DNA of 64,000 nt from positions 160,001 through 224,000 of the forward strand of contig CAWHAA010000002.1 of assembly GCA_963827275.1 (NCBI GenBank), given 5' to 3'. The position numbers and the translations under genes are program-made. The notes below the pieces were generated by a model. That model searched no databases. It was not told where the DNA came from and saw nothing but the letters and a program-made list of their open reading frames with translations. Of the stretch, positions 18,792-28,435 are shown one piece after another. The DNA comes from an uncultured Spirochaetota bacterium. GTDB taxonomy: Bacteria; Spirochaetota; UBA4802; UBA5550. The first letter of the stretch is position 1. Every line of letters starts with the position of its first letter.

Positions 18792-19706
18792 TCACCGCGT
18801 CCGGGCTCTCCAAGAGCTTCAGGGGCACGGTCGCCGTCGATTCCCTTGATTTCACGGTCAAAAAAGGCGAGATTTTCGGCATCGTGGGGCCTGACGGGTC
18901 CGGAAAGAGCACCCTCCTCAGAATGATATCATCGATTCTCGTTCCCGATACAGGGCAGTATAACCGTCAACGGCATTAACGTGCAGGATGAGCCCTTCAG
19001 GATAAAAGAGCTGCTGGCGTACATGCCACAGCGGTTCGGCCTGTACGAAGACCTGACGGTGGAGGAGAACATCTTTTTCTTCGGCAGGCTGTTTCTCCTT
19101 TCAAGGAAGGAGATTCAGAAGAGGCTCGATACCCTGTACGGCTTCAGCAGGCTCGGCCCTTTCAAAGACCGGCTTGCCGGGCAGCTGTCGGGCGGCATGA
19201 AGCAGAAGCTGGGCCTTACCTGCTGCCTGATCCACACGCCGGAGGTGCTGCTCCTGGACGAGCCGACCAACGGGGTGGACCCCGTATCCCGCAGGGAATT
19301 CTGGGACTTCCTGTATGAGCTGCTCGCGCAGGGGGTCACCATCGTGGTCACCACCGCGTACCTTGACGAAGCGGAGCGGAGCAACAGGGTGGCGATGATG
19401 TACCGGGGCCGCTTTATCAGGCTCGGCACGCCGAAATCGATACGGAGCGAAATGCGGCGGACCATGCTCCATGTCATCGTCGATAATTCGAAAAAAGCGG
19501 AGTCGGTGCTGACGCGCGACGGGGAGGCGGGAATTATCCGCACCGGGAATTCCATCCGGATGTTCACCGGATCCCCGAAAGCCGCAAAGAGGCGGGTTGA
19601 TCTTCTGCTCCGGAAAAACGGCATCGGTGTGGTGTCGATCGAAGAGTCGCCGCCGCGCCTGGAGGACAGCTTTATAGATATCATCTCCCGGGAGGAAACG
19701 AGGTGA
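18788..19706 (+). CDS. ABC transporter ATP-binding protein (YbhF N-half-like), +1 frameshift near 18954
   Basis: GPDGSGKST in 18788-18979; YMPQRFGLYEDL, LSGGMKQK, LLLDEPT in 18981-19706; an extra G in ACAGGGCAGT joins the frames. Confidence 0.9.
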
Positions 19707-20854
19707 AACGATTCGGGTCGCTGATTCGCATGGCCGCGATAGCGGACAAGGAGTGGACACAGATCCGCCGTGATTCACGGAGCATGTACCTGACGCTCTT
19801 CATCCCGATCATGCTGGTCCTCCTGTTCGGGTATGCCCTGGTGTTTGATGTTAAAAATGTCAGGGTGGCGGTATTCGACCAGGACCGGAGCTATTTTTCA
19901 CGCCAGTACCTCGAGCGCTTCCGGCACACCGAATATCTGCTTTTTGAAAAATATGTGAACAGCTATGGCGAGATAGACCGCATGATCAACAGCGGCCGGA
20001 TCATCCTCGGCATCGTGATCCCGCCGGGTTTCGAGAGAAAGTTCAATTCCGGCAAATACGCCGATGTCCAGGTGCTGGTGGACGGCTCGGATTCGCTGTC
20101 GGCGATGATTGCGACCGGCTACATGAAGGCAATCACCTACCAGTTCAACAACGATTATCTGCAGCAGGGGCTCGGGAAAAAGGGGATCACCAATCTCCGC
20201 ATGCCGGTGGAGATAAAGAACAGGATATGGTACAACCCCGAGCTGAAGAGCAAGAATTTCATCATACCGGGTAATATCGGGTTGATACTGGCCATCGTGT
20301 CGGCGCTCATCTCGTCCCTCACCCTGTCCCGGGAGTGGGAGCGGGGCACGATGGAAACGCTCATCACCACGCCGGTGCGGAGCTACGAAGTTATACTCGG
20401 GAAGCTCTTTCCCTATATCCTGATCGGGCTGTTCGACGTCATATGCGCACTGGCGATAGGGTATTTTGTCTTCAACGTGCCGTTCAGGGGGAGCTTCATC
20501 GAGCTTATTCTCGTCTCCATGCTGTTTCTTATCGGCACGTCCAGCATCGGGATCCTCTTCTCCTCGATAACGAAGGTACAGGTCCTGTCCGTGCAGCTGG
20601 CGATCGTGGCGATGTATCTGCCCTCGCTGATGCTGTCGGATTTCATCTTCCCGATCAAGAACATGCCGCTCCTCATCCGCCTCCTGACCTATATCGTGCC
20701 GGCAAAATACATGATCGTGGTGCTCAAGGGCATCATTTTAAAGGGGGTCGGCTTTTACGTCCTCTGGGTGCAGATACTCTTCCTGTTCATTTTCAGCGTT
20801 GTGCTTCTCGGCCTGAGCATCAGGAATTTCAGGGTGAGTCTCCCGGACAAATAG
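19703..20854 (+). CDS. ABC-2 permease (YbhS-like)
   Basis: KEWTQIRRD, LFGYA, WYNPEL, REWERGTME. Confidence 0.92.
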   Translation: MKRFGSLIRMAAIADKEWTQIRRDSRSMYLTLFIPIMLVLLFGYALVFDVKNVRVAVFDQDRSYFSRQYLERFRHTEYLLFEKYVNSYGEIDRMINSGRIILGIVIPPGFERKFNSGKYADVQVLVDGSDSLSAMIATGYMKAITYQFNNDYLQQGLGKKGITNLRMPVEIKNRIWYNPELKSKNFIIPGNIGLILAIVSALISSLTLSREWERGTMETLITTPVRSYEVILGKLFPYILIGLFDVICALAIGYFVFNVPFRGSFIELILVSMLFLIGTSSIGILFSSITKVQVLSVQLAIVAMYLPSLMLSDFIFPIKNMPLLIRLLTYIVPAKYMIVVLKGIILKGVGFYVLWVQILFLFIFSVVLLGLSIRNFRVSLPDK

Positions 20855-20867
20855 GAATGGCGGCGTC

Positions 20868-22058
20868 ATGATCAAACTTATCAGAATCCCGATCCTCATC
20901 AGCATGATTAAGAAGGAATTCGCCCAGGTGCTGCGCGACCCGCGGACCAGGGGGATACTATTCGGCCCCCCGATCATCATGATCTTCGTGTTCGGGTATG
21001 CCATCAGCATGGATGTCAACAGCGTGAACCTGGCCCTCCTCGACGAGGACCGCACGGGGATGAGCAGGGGGCTTGTGGAGAAGTTCACCGGCTCGGGGTA
21101 TTTTTTCCTTCATTCAACCGTGCGGTCGGGTGACGAGGTCCTTCCGCTCATGGATAGCGGAAAAATCGACGCGTTCATGCATGTCAGGCCGGGGCTGTCG
21201 AAAAACCTGAAGACCGGGAAGATGTCCGAGATACAGGTGATCATAGACGGGACGGACTCGAACAGGGGCGCGGTCATATCATCGTATGTGAATGAAATCA
21301 TGCAGGAGTATTTCATCGGCCGTTACCTGGGCCGGATAAAGACGCAGGTGCTCATCCGGGCCGCCGGCATGACGGCGCAGCAGGGCGCGGACGTTTCCGC
21401 GCCGGTGATCAGCGGCGGGGTCCGCGTCATCGACCGCGCCTATTTCAATCCCACCCTCCTCAGCAGGAATTTTTTCCTGCCCGGCGTCGCCGCGTTCATC
21501 GTCACCCTGGTGGCGGTCATGTTGACGTCGATGTCGATCGTCAAGGAGCGCGAGTCGGGCACCATGGAGCAGATCAACGTGTCGCCGATACGGCCGATTG
21601 AATTCATCATGGGGAAAACGGTCCCCTTCGGGATCATCGCCTTTATCGATCTGTTTATCGTGGCGATGATTACGATCTTCTGGTTCGGGGTCCCCTTCAA
21701 GGGGAGCCTCATCTTTCTGTTCTTCGCCGGCGCGTTCTACATATCCTGCTCCCTCGCCGTGGGCATATTCATCTCGACGATATCGAGGACCCAGCAGCAG
21801 GCGATGATGTCGTTCTTTCTCTATATGCTTCCCGCGATGCTCTTCTCGGGGTTCGCCTTCCCGATCTACACCATGCCGGAGACGATACAGCTCGTCACCT
21901 ACCTGAACCCGCTGAGGTATTTCATCATCATCATACGGGGCGTGTTTCTCAAGGGTGTCGGCATAACGGTGCTCTGGCCCGAGACGCTGGCGCTCTTCGT
22001 CATCGGAACGGTTCTGATGTGGCTCAGCGTCCGGAGGCTGAGCAGGAGGATGGAATGA
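20868..22058 (+). CDS. ABC-2 permease (YbhR-like)
   Basis: KEFAQVLRD, FGYA, FNP, KERESGTMEQ, LFSGFAFPI, NPLRYF. Confidence 0.92.
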   Translation: MIKLIRIPILISMIKKEFAQVLRDPRTRGILFGPPIIMIFVFGYAISMDVNSVNLALLDEDRTGMSRGLVEKFTGSGYFFLHSTVRSGDEVLPLMDSGKIDAFMHVRPGLSKNLKTGKMSEIQVIIDGTDSNRGAVISSYVNEIMQEYFIGRYLGRIKTQVLIRAAGMTAQQGADVSAPVISGGVRVIDRAYFNPTLLSRNFFLPGVAAFIVTLVAVMLTSMSIVKERESGTMEQINVSPIRPIEFIMGKTVPFGIIAFIDLFIVAMITIFWFGVPFKGSLIFLFFAGAFYISCSLAVGIFISTISRTQQQAMMSFFLYMLPAMLFSGFAFPIYTMPETIQLVTYLNPLRYFIIIIRGVFLKGVGITVLWPETLALFVIGTVLMWLSVRRLSRRME

Positions 22059-22984
22059 CGGAACGGATCGTTGAAATACGGAACCTGACAAAAAAATTCG
22101 GTGACTTCACCGCGGTCAATGATATCAGCCTTTCGGTCGGGAAGGGTGAAATTTTCGGGTTCCTGGGCCCCAACGGCGCGGGGAAGACCACGACCATCAA
22201 GATGCTCTGCGGCATCCTGCTGCCCACCGCCGGCGAGGGGCGGGTCTCGGGCTATGACATCATCAGCGAGCAGGAAAAGATAAAGGGCGTGATCGGCTAC
22301 ATGTCGCAGCGCTTTTCTCTCTACGAGGACCTCACCGTCGCGGAGAACCTCGAGTTATTCGGTACGATATACGGCCTGAGAAACACCCATTTGAAGCGGG
22401 AAATGGAAAAGGTCATGGCAATGGCGGGCATCGGGACGAGGAAAAACGAACTGGTGAAAAACCTTCCCGGCGGCATGAAACAGCGGCTCGCCCTGGGCGG
22501 CGCGATCCTGCACGATCCGCCCGTCCTCTTCCTGGATGAGCCCACGTCGGGCGTTGACCCGCTCATGCGGCGCAATTTCTGGGACATCATCTACCGGTTT
22601 TCGGAGGAGGGGCGCACCATCTTTGTGACCACACACTACATGGACGAGGCGGAGCACTGCAACCGGATCGCCCTCATCATCGCGGGTAAGATCATCGCGC
22701 TTGATTCCCCTGACGCGCTAAAAAATAATTTCAGCCATGCCGTGTATTCGGTCGTGACGGATAATTTCATAGAGGTATTTGAAAAGATCAGGGACCAGGA
22801 TTTCGTCATCGAGGCCGCCATCTTCGGGACGGATATTCATATCCTCTGTGACGGCCGGGTGCCGGTCAAGAAAATGATAGGCGCCTTTTTTAAGAGCCAG
22901 GGCATAGCACGCTATTCCCTCCACAGGATTATGCCGAGTCTCGAGGATGTTTTTGTAAGCAACGCGAAAAAATATAATTTATAA
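22055..22984 (+). CDS. ABC transporter ATP-binding protein (YbhF C-half-like)
   Basis: GPNGAGKTT, YMSQRFSLYEDL, LPGGMKQRLAL, FLDEPTSGVDP, TTHYMDEAE; ATGA overlap with the permease. Confidence 0.93.
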   Translation: MTERIVEIRNLTKKFGDFTAVNDISLSVGKGEIFGFLGPNGAGKTTTIKMLCGILLPTAGEGRVSGYDIISEQEKIKGVIGYMSQRFSLYEDLTVAENLELFGTIYGLRNTHLKREMEKVMAMAGIGTRKNELVKNLPGGMKQRLALGGAILHDPPVLFLDEPTSGVDPLMRRNFWDIIYRFSEEGRTIFVTTHYMDEAEHCNRIALIIAGKIIALDSPDALKNNFSHAVYSVVTDNFIEVFEKIRDQDFVIEAAIFGTDIHILCDGRVPVKKMIGAFFKSQGIARYSLHRIMPSLEDVFVSNAKKYNL

Positions 22985-23188
22985 AATGCATTAATACTAT
23001 AAAAAAATCCACCCAGCCGTATTTTTTTTATTGTATTAATTTTTTATTGCTATATATTTGATTTTAGTGACATTATATAATTTTCTTATTCATCATCAAA
23101 AACTGCTTTTTTCATTATTATTTTACTGTAATTCGTTTCCAACTGCTTTCATAATCATACAATTGTCGAATACGGTTATATTAATGTC

Positions 23189-25699
23189 ATGAATTTCATA
23201 CAACAAGTAAGCATTTTCCATCTTCTGGCAACGGCTCTTTGCGTGGGGATCCTCATCGCGGTAAACCTGCAATTCATGCATCTGTCATTCAGAAGAAAGG
23301 ACGGTCTCTATTTTTCACAGCTCGCCATGGGGTTTCTCGGCCTGTTGTTTGTTGCTGCGCATCTGCTCAACCTGATTGTGGGCGGGGTGATGATGAATGC
23401 TCCCGCCGGAATGCAGATCCACCGGATAGAGCAAGTCTCAGTGAATTTTTTTGTTTTTATACTTCCATTTTTCCTCTTGCACCTGCTGAAACTGAACGAG
23501 CGCTGGCAGCGCATTAACAGGACAATAGCATATGCCGGGTTCACCATCGCGTGCGTGGTTACCGTTATCGCGTTTGCGGATCCCGATTCGTTCATATCCG
23601 TTACCCGCCAGACCCCTTCGATGAATAAATATGCCGCACTGTATGGCAGGGGAGAGGCGGGCATTGCCTACCTGGTCCGCGATGTCATTCTCGGGATTCT
23701 TATCGTTTACGGCATTGCCTGCTGCATCGCCGATATGCTGATAAACGGACGGGCCCGGGAAATCATATTTCTCATGATCGGTCTTATCATCGCTTCATTC
23801 TCCGGCGTCATTGATATAATTTTTGTCCACAGCCAGACCTTCATCGGTATTTTCAGCCAGAACATGTTCTCCCGTTTCAGCCTTGGCATTACCGCCTTTG
23901 TCCTGCTCTCCATGTACCAGTTCACCAGGACGTTCATCGAGCAGACCGGTAAAATTGAGGAGACCTACCGCGAGCTGGACGGCGCGTACAAGGTGCTGCA
24001 GCGCAGGGAGGAGCGCTTCCAGCAGTTCGCTGATTCCATACACCAGGTCTTCATGCTGTATGATTACCGCAACAATGTCATGCTCTACGTCAGCCCGGCG
24101 TATGAAAAGATTACGGGAATGAAGCCGGACGACATCTATGGCCCGCCGAAAACCTGGTTTGTGCACGTCCACCCCGATGACCGCGAGAGTGTCATCAAGA
24201 AGTTTGAAAAAGAATCGATCCGTGATCCGTTTGAGAACCTGTACCGTTTCGTCAGGCCCGACGGGGAAACGCGATGGTTCCGCCAGCAGGTGACGCCGAT
24301 ATACGACCGGAACGGCGAACTCTACCGGCTTGCCAGCGTCATCGAAGACGTCACTGACCGGAAGAAGAGCGAAGAGGAGCTGACGTTCGTCGCCTACAAT
24401 GACGTCATGACCGGCCTCCCGAACAGGGAGTCCTTTTTCAACAGGCTCTACGAGATGATGAGGCTTTCCGAGCGCGAGGAGCGCGATACGAGCAAGGGGG
24501 TGCTCATCGTCGATATCGACCACTTCAAGGACATCAACGATATCTACGGCCACGAGTTCGGGGACGCCCTGATCAGGGAGGCGGCGAAGCGGCTCAGGGG
24601 GTGCCTGCGGGAGGTCGATTATGTTGCGCGGATCGGGGGCGACAAGTTCTCCGTGCTGCTGAAGCTGGTCACCCGGGACATCGATGCCGCGGTTGTGGCC
24701 CGGAAGATCAACCACGAGATGTCGCTCCCGTTTGTCATCGAAGGGCGCGAAATTCACATCAACCTGAAGATCGGGATCAGCATCTACCCAAAGGACGGCA
24801 TGACCGCCGACGCCATGGTGAAGAGCGCGGAGATGGCCCTGTACGCGGCCAAGAGACACAGCCTGCCGTACGAGTTTTACTGTGACGAGATGAACCGCAG
24901 GGCCGAAGAGCGGCAATTAATTGAGAAGAACCTGAAGCAGGCGATGTACAGGAACCAGTTCGCCCTTCATTACCAGCCGCTGGTCGATTACAGCGGGAGG
25001 ATCATCGGCGTGGAGGCGCTCCTCAGGTGGCACCACCCGGAGCTCGGCAACATACCGCCGGACAGGTTCATTCCGGTCGCAGAATCAACCGGGATGATAA
25101 TCGATATCGGCACCTGGACCCTGGAGACGGCGTGCCGGCAGAAAAAATTGTGGGAGAATATGGGCTTTGGCGGCCTGAAGGTGTCGGTGAACCTGTCCAC
25201 GAAACAGCTCATGGACGACAAGCTCGTTGACACGATCAGGGGCATCCTGGAGCAGAACAATCTTGAGTCGCGGGGACTGGAGCTGGAGATCACGGAGAGC
25301 TGCATTATGGAAAACCCCCATGATGCCGTCACGAAGATCAACGACCTCAACAGCCTCGGGATCAACTTTTCCATCGATGATTTCGGCACGGGGTATTCGT
25401 CCCTGAGCTACCTGAAGCGCTTCAAGGTGGAAAATTTAAAGGTGGACAAGAGCTTCGTCATGGATATAAAGGTGGATGCGAACAGCGCCGAAATCATTAA
25501 GGCGATCATCGCGATGGCCCACAGCCTGAGCCTGAAGGTCACCGCGGAAGGGGTTGAGACGGTTGACCAGATGGAATTTCTGAAAGAGAACAATTGCGAT
25601 CTCCTGCAGGGGTTCCTTTTCTGCAGGCCTGTGCCGGCGGACGATATCACCCGCCTCCTGGAAAAAAGCATGTATATAGTGCAGGGGCTACCGTCATGA
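23189..25699 (+). CDS. Membrane sensor (about 7 TM) - PAS - GGDEF (degenerate GGDKF) - EAL protein
   Basis: Hydrophobic N-terminus; YVSPAYE...HVHPDD PAS; DIDHFKDIND.YGH; RIGGDKF; EALLRW; ELEITES; DDFGTGYSSL; AEGVET. Confidence 0.93.
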   Translation: MNFIQQVSIFHLLATALCVGILIAVNLQFMHLSFRRKDGLYFSQLAMGFLGLLFVAAHLLNLIVGGVMMNAPAGMQIHRIEQVSVNFFVFILPFFLLHLLKLNERWQRINRTIAYAGFTIACVVTVIAFADPDSFISVTRQTPSMNKYAALYGRGEAGIAYLVRDVILGILIVYGIACCIADMLINGRAREIIFLMIGLIIASFSGVIDIIFVHSQTFIGIFSQNMFSRFSLGITAFVLLSMYQFTRTFIEQTGKIEETYRELDGAYKVLQRREERFQQFADSIHQVFMLYDYRNNVMLYVSPAYEKITGMKPDDIYGPPKTWFVHVHPDDRESVIKKFEKESIRDPFENLYRFVRPDGETRWFRQQVTPIYDRNGELYRLASVIEDVTDRKKSEEELTFVAYNDVMTGLPNRESFFNRLYEMMRLSEREERDTSKGVLIVDIDHFKDINDIYGHEFGDALIREAAKRLRGCLREVDYVARIGGDKFSVLLKLVTRDIDAAVVARKINHEMSLPFVIEGREIHINLKIGISIYPKDGMTADAMVKSAEMALYAAKRHSLPYEFYCDEMNRRAEERQLIEKNLKQAMYRNQFALHYQPLVDYSGRIIGVEALLRWHHPELGNIPPDRFIPVAESTGMIIDIGTWTLETACRQKKLWENMGFGGLKVSVNLSTKQLMDDKLVDTIRGILEQNNLESRGLELEITESCIMENPHDAVTKINDLNSLGINFSIDDFGTGYSSLSYLKRFKVENLKVDKSFVMDIKVDANSAEIIKAIIAMAHSLSLKVTAEGVETVDQMEFLKENNCDLLQGFLFCRPVPADDITRLLEKSMYIVQGLPS

Positions 25700-25754
25700 C
25701 GCCGCGTCACGACGTGCTCCGGTATGCCGCGCGGCGGGAGGTCCGCAGGCTGAT

Positions 25755-26555
25755 ATGAAGCTTGATTTCACAACTGATGATTTCAATTTTTTCACGTCGC
25801 TCATACGCGAGGCGGGGGACGCCGCGCGGCGAATCCAGAACAGCTTCATCGAGGTTTCTCGGAAGAGCGACGCCACGATCGTCACCCAGGCAGATCTCAT
25901 GGTGCAGGAGGCGCTGGTGCGGGGCATTTCGTCGCGGTATGACGGGCTGCACTACATACACGAGGAGAACAATCCGGGGAACGCGCCGGAGGTCGATGAC
26001 GATACGGTATCGGTGATTATCGATCCGATCGACGGCACCGCCATGTACAGCATGTACCTCCCGGAATGGTGCGTCTCCGTCGGCATCTTCAGGGGGTTCC
26101 GTCCCGTCTTCGGCTTCGTCTACTCCCCCGGCTTCAACATGTTCTTTCATAATGATGGCGTGCACGCCTATCTCAACGGGCGGATGGTGCGCGCGGAAAA
26201 AAACATCGCGGTCGATTCGGAGACGAACATTTTCTGCGCCTCCGAAGCGCAGAATGAATACTGCTTCGAGTTCCGGGGGAAGATCAGGAACCTCGGGTCA
26301 ACCGCGCTGCATGCCTGCCTGGCGGCGGACAGCGCGCGCAACAGGACGCTCGCCTTCATCGGCAGGTCGAACCTCTGGGACTGGGCCGGGGCAATTCCGA
26401 TCATCCTGAACGCGGGCGTCTCCCTGCGCTACATCAACGGGGACGAGATAGATTTCCGCACCGTGATGCGGAATAATTTTCGCTTCCCGGATTATGTCCT
26501 CGCGTACAACGCGGAACATTTTGAATCCGTCAGAAAATTGTTTAGAAAACGATGA
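25755..26555 (+). CDS. Inositol monophosphatase family protein
   Basis: VTQAD, EE, IIDPIDGT, RNLGS, LWDWAG. Confidence 0.9.
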   Translation: MKLDFTTDDFNFFTSLIREAGDAARRIQNSFIEVSRKSDATIVTQADLMVQEALVRGISSRYDGLHYIHEENNPGNAPEVDDDTVSVIIDPIDGTAMYSMYLPEWCVSVGIFRGFRPVFGFVYSPGFNMFFHNDGVHAYLNGRMVRAEKNIAVDSETNIFCASEAQNEYCFEFRGKIRNLGSTALHACLAADSARNRTLAFIGRSNLWDWAGAIPIILNAGVSLRYINGDEIDFRTVMRNNFRFPDYVLAYNAEHFESVRKLFRKR

Positions 26556-26708
26556 GTAGCGTCCTGAAAAAAATATTTTATCTCCGCTGAAATCGCCGCA
26601 CCTCCCGGAAAAAGTGAAAAGTCCGCCTTCCCGATTAAATATGTTGACATTAATAAACACCGGTTTAATTCTGACCTGACGTTGAATTTGATGTTCCAGG
26701 AAAATTGT

Positions 26709-27188
26709 ATGCCACGACCCAGAATTTTTGGTTTTTGCGCAATTGTTGCGGCGCTGATTCTTACGGGATTGTTCGTGTATGCCATCATGATCGTGAAAGG
26801 AGAGCAGGTCGGCGCCGGTCAAGTAGATTTAAACGCCCTGAGCAGTGTCACCTATTACGCGGTAGCGGCCCCGATCGTACTGGTAACGATGGCGGTCCTC
26901 GGGACGGGACTCTGGATCGGCTGGACAATTCTTACAATAAAGGTGGTGCCCCCCATGCCAGAAATAGTCGAGAAAAAAGATTTTTCAAAGATCAAAGCAT
27001 TCATCCTGTGCCTCGTGACCCTCGGGCTGGGCGCCCTTTTTATCTACGGCCTGTATATCAGAAATTTCTGGGCGCTGGCGGTGCCTGCCGCGGTGATCTC
27101 GCTGGTTATTCTCGGCGCCGTGTTCTGGGTCGGGATCGCGATCATCACAACACGCTCGACACTGCCGGAAGAGAAACAACAGTCTTAA
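26709..27188 (+). CDS. Four-TM membrane protein built from two similar two-TM modules (DPM2/PIG-P-like by eye)
   Basis: YAVAAPIVLVTMAVLGTGLWIGWTILT versus FWALAVPAAVISLVILGAVFWVGIAIIT; ends 5 nt before the first GT4. Confidence 0.75.
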   Translation: MPRPRIFGFCAIVAALILTGLFVYAIMIVKGEQVGAGQVDLNALSSVTYYAVAAPIVLVTMAVLGTGLWIGWTILTIKVVPPMPEIVEKKDFSKIKAFILCLVTLGLGALFIYGLYIRNFWALAVPAAVISLVILGAVFWVGIAIITTRSTLPEEKQQS

Positions 27189-27193
27189 TTCCC

Positions 27194-28435
27194 ATGAAGG
27201 TATTGCTGGTATGCTATCGGGGCAGTCCCTTCTGCGGAGGCCTCGGTATTTATCTTTACTATCTCGGCCGGGAACTTGCCAGGCTGGGTGTCGAGGTGGA
27301 TGTCCTTGTCGGGCCTCCCTACCCGGATCCCATGGACGAGTGGGCGACGGTCCACCGGGTCGAGAACCTGAATATCTGGATGGTGAAAACAAAGAAGTTC
27401 GGCTATTCCCGTCTCACCCGCGTTTACTCCATCTGGAATTTTGTCGATTATATCCTGACCCGGTTCCATATTTTTCCTGAAATGGAAACCTTCAGCATGA
27501 GAGCCTTTTTTGCCGCACATACGCTTTTGAAGAAGAAGAGGTACGATATCATCCATGATGTCAACGGCCTCGGCTGGGGGCTCCTGTTGATGAAGGAATT
27601 CGGCATCCCGGTCATATCCACGATACACCATCCCCTCACCAGGGACCGCGACGCCGATCTGACGATGGACGGTACGTTCTGGGACAGGCTTACCACCGTG
27701 CTCTTTTATCCGCTGAATATGCAGCGGTTTGTCATCAAGCGTCTTGACCGAATAATCACGTCATCGGTGGAAGGGATTGATGAGCTGAAGCGGGCCTTCG
27801 GCCTGAAGAAAGAAAAAATCTCCGTCGTGTACAACGGGATGGATGTCGATACCTTCAGGAACACGGGAGAGCAGCGCGACGAGCGCACCATCCTTTTCGT
27901 GGGAAACACCGAGGACCACAAGAAGGGGATCATCTTCCTGCTGGAGGCGCTGGCCGGGCTTCCCGACGATATCCGGCTCACCATCGTCGATGAAGGGCCG
28001 CCGCTGAAAAAGAACGCGATCGGAATTGTCAGAAAGACAGGCGTCGAGAAGCGGGTGAAATTCACCGGCAAGGTGGACCAGGAAACCCTGGTGAGCCTTT
28101 ACAGCAGGGCCACGATCCTGGTCATGTCGTCGCTGTACGAGGGGTTCGGGCTTCCGGCCGCCGAGGCCATGTCGTGCGAAACGCCGGTCGTCGTGACCAG
28201 GGCGGGGGCCCTGCCTGAAGTGGTTGATCCCTCCTGCGGCGTTCTCGTGGAGCCGGGTGATGCAGGGGCCCTCCGTGACGCAATCCTTTCGCTCATCGAC
28301 GATCCTGAATCCAGGGCGCGGATGGGGAAGAACGGAAGAAAAAGGGCCGTGGATAATTTTTCCTGGCCGGTCGCGGCAAAAAATACGCTCGATGTATATT
28401 CGGATGTAATTAAACGATACAGGAGAATAAAATGA
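27194..28435 (+). CDS. Glycosyltransferase family 4 (copy 1)
   Basis: YRGSPFCGGLGIY, TIHHPL, YNG, SLYEGFGLPAAEAMSC; ATG 27194. Confidence 0.93.
   Translation: MKVLLVCYRGSPFCGGLGIYLYYLGRELARLGVEVDVLVGPPYPDPMDEWATVHRVENLNIWMVKTKKFGYSRLTRVYSIWNFVDYILTRFHIFPEMETFSMRAFFAAHTLLKKKRYDIIHDVNGLGWGLLLMKEFGIPVISTIHHPLTRDRDADLTMDGTFWDRLTTVLFYPLNMQRFVIKRLDRIITSSVEGIDELKRAFGLKKEKISVVYNGMDVDTFRNTGEQRDERTILFVGNTEDHKKGIIFLLEALAGLPDDIRLTIVDEGPPLKKNAIGIVRKTGVEKRVKFTGKVDQETLVSLYSRATILVMSSLYEGFGLPAAEAMSCETPVVVTRAGALPEVVDPSCGVLVEPGDAGALRDAILSLIDDPESRARMGKNGRKRAVDNFSWPVAAKNTLDVYSDVIKRYRRIK

Noticed and set aside
23795..24916. 373-aa minus-strand ORF, and similar long antisense ORFs (7609-8520, 50624-51784, 52984-53976)
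   Set aside because: Mirror frames of well-supported genes; no RBS or domain signal
26705..27193. Apparent 163-aa N-terminal extension of the first GT4
   Set aside because: Overlaps the real membrane-protein gene in another frame; the paralog shows the true start at 27194
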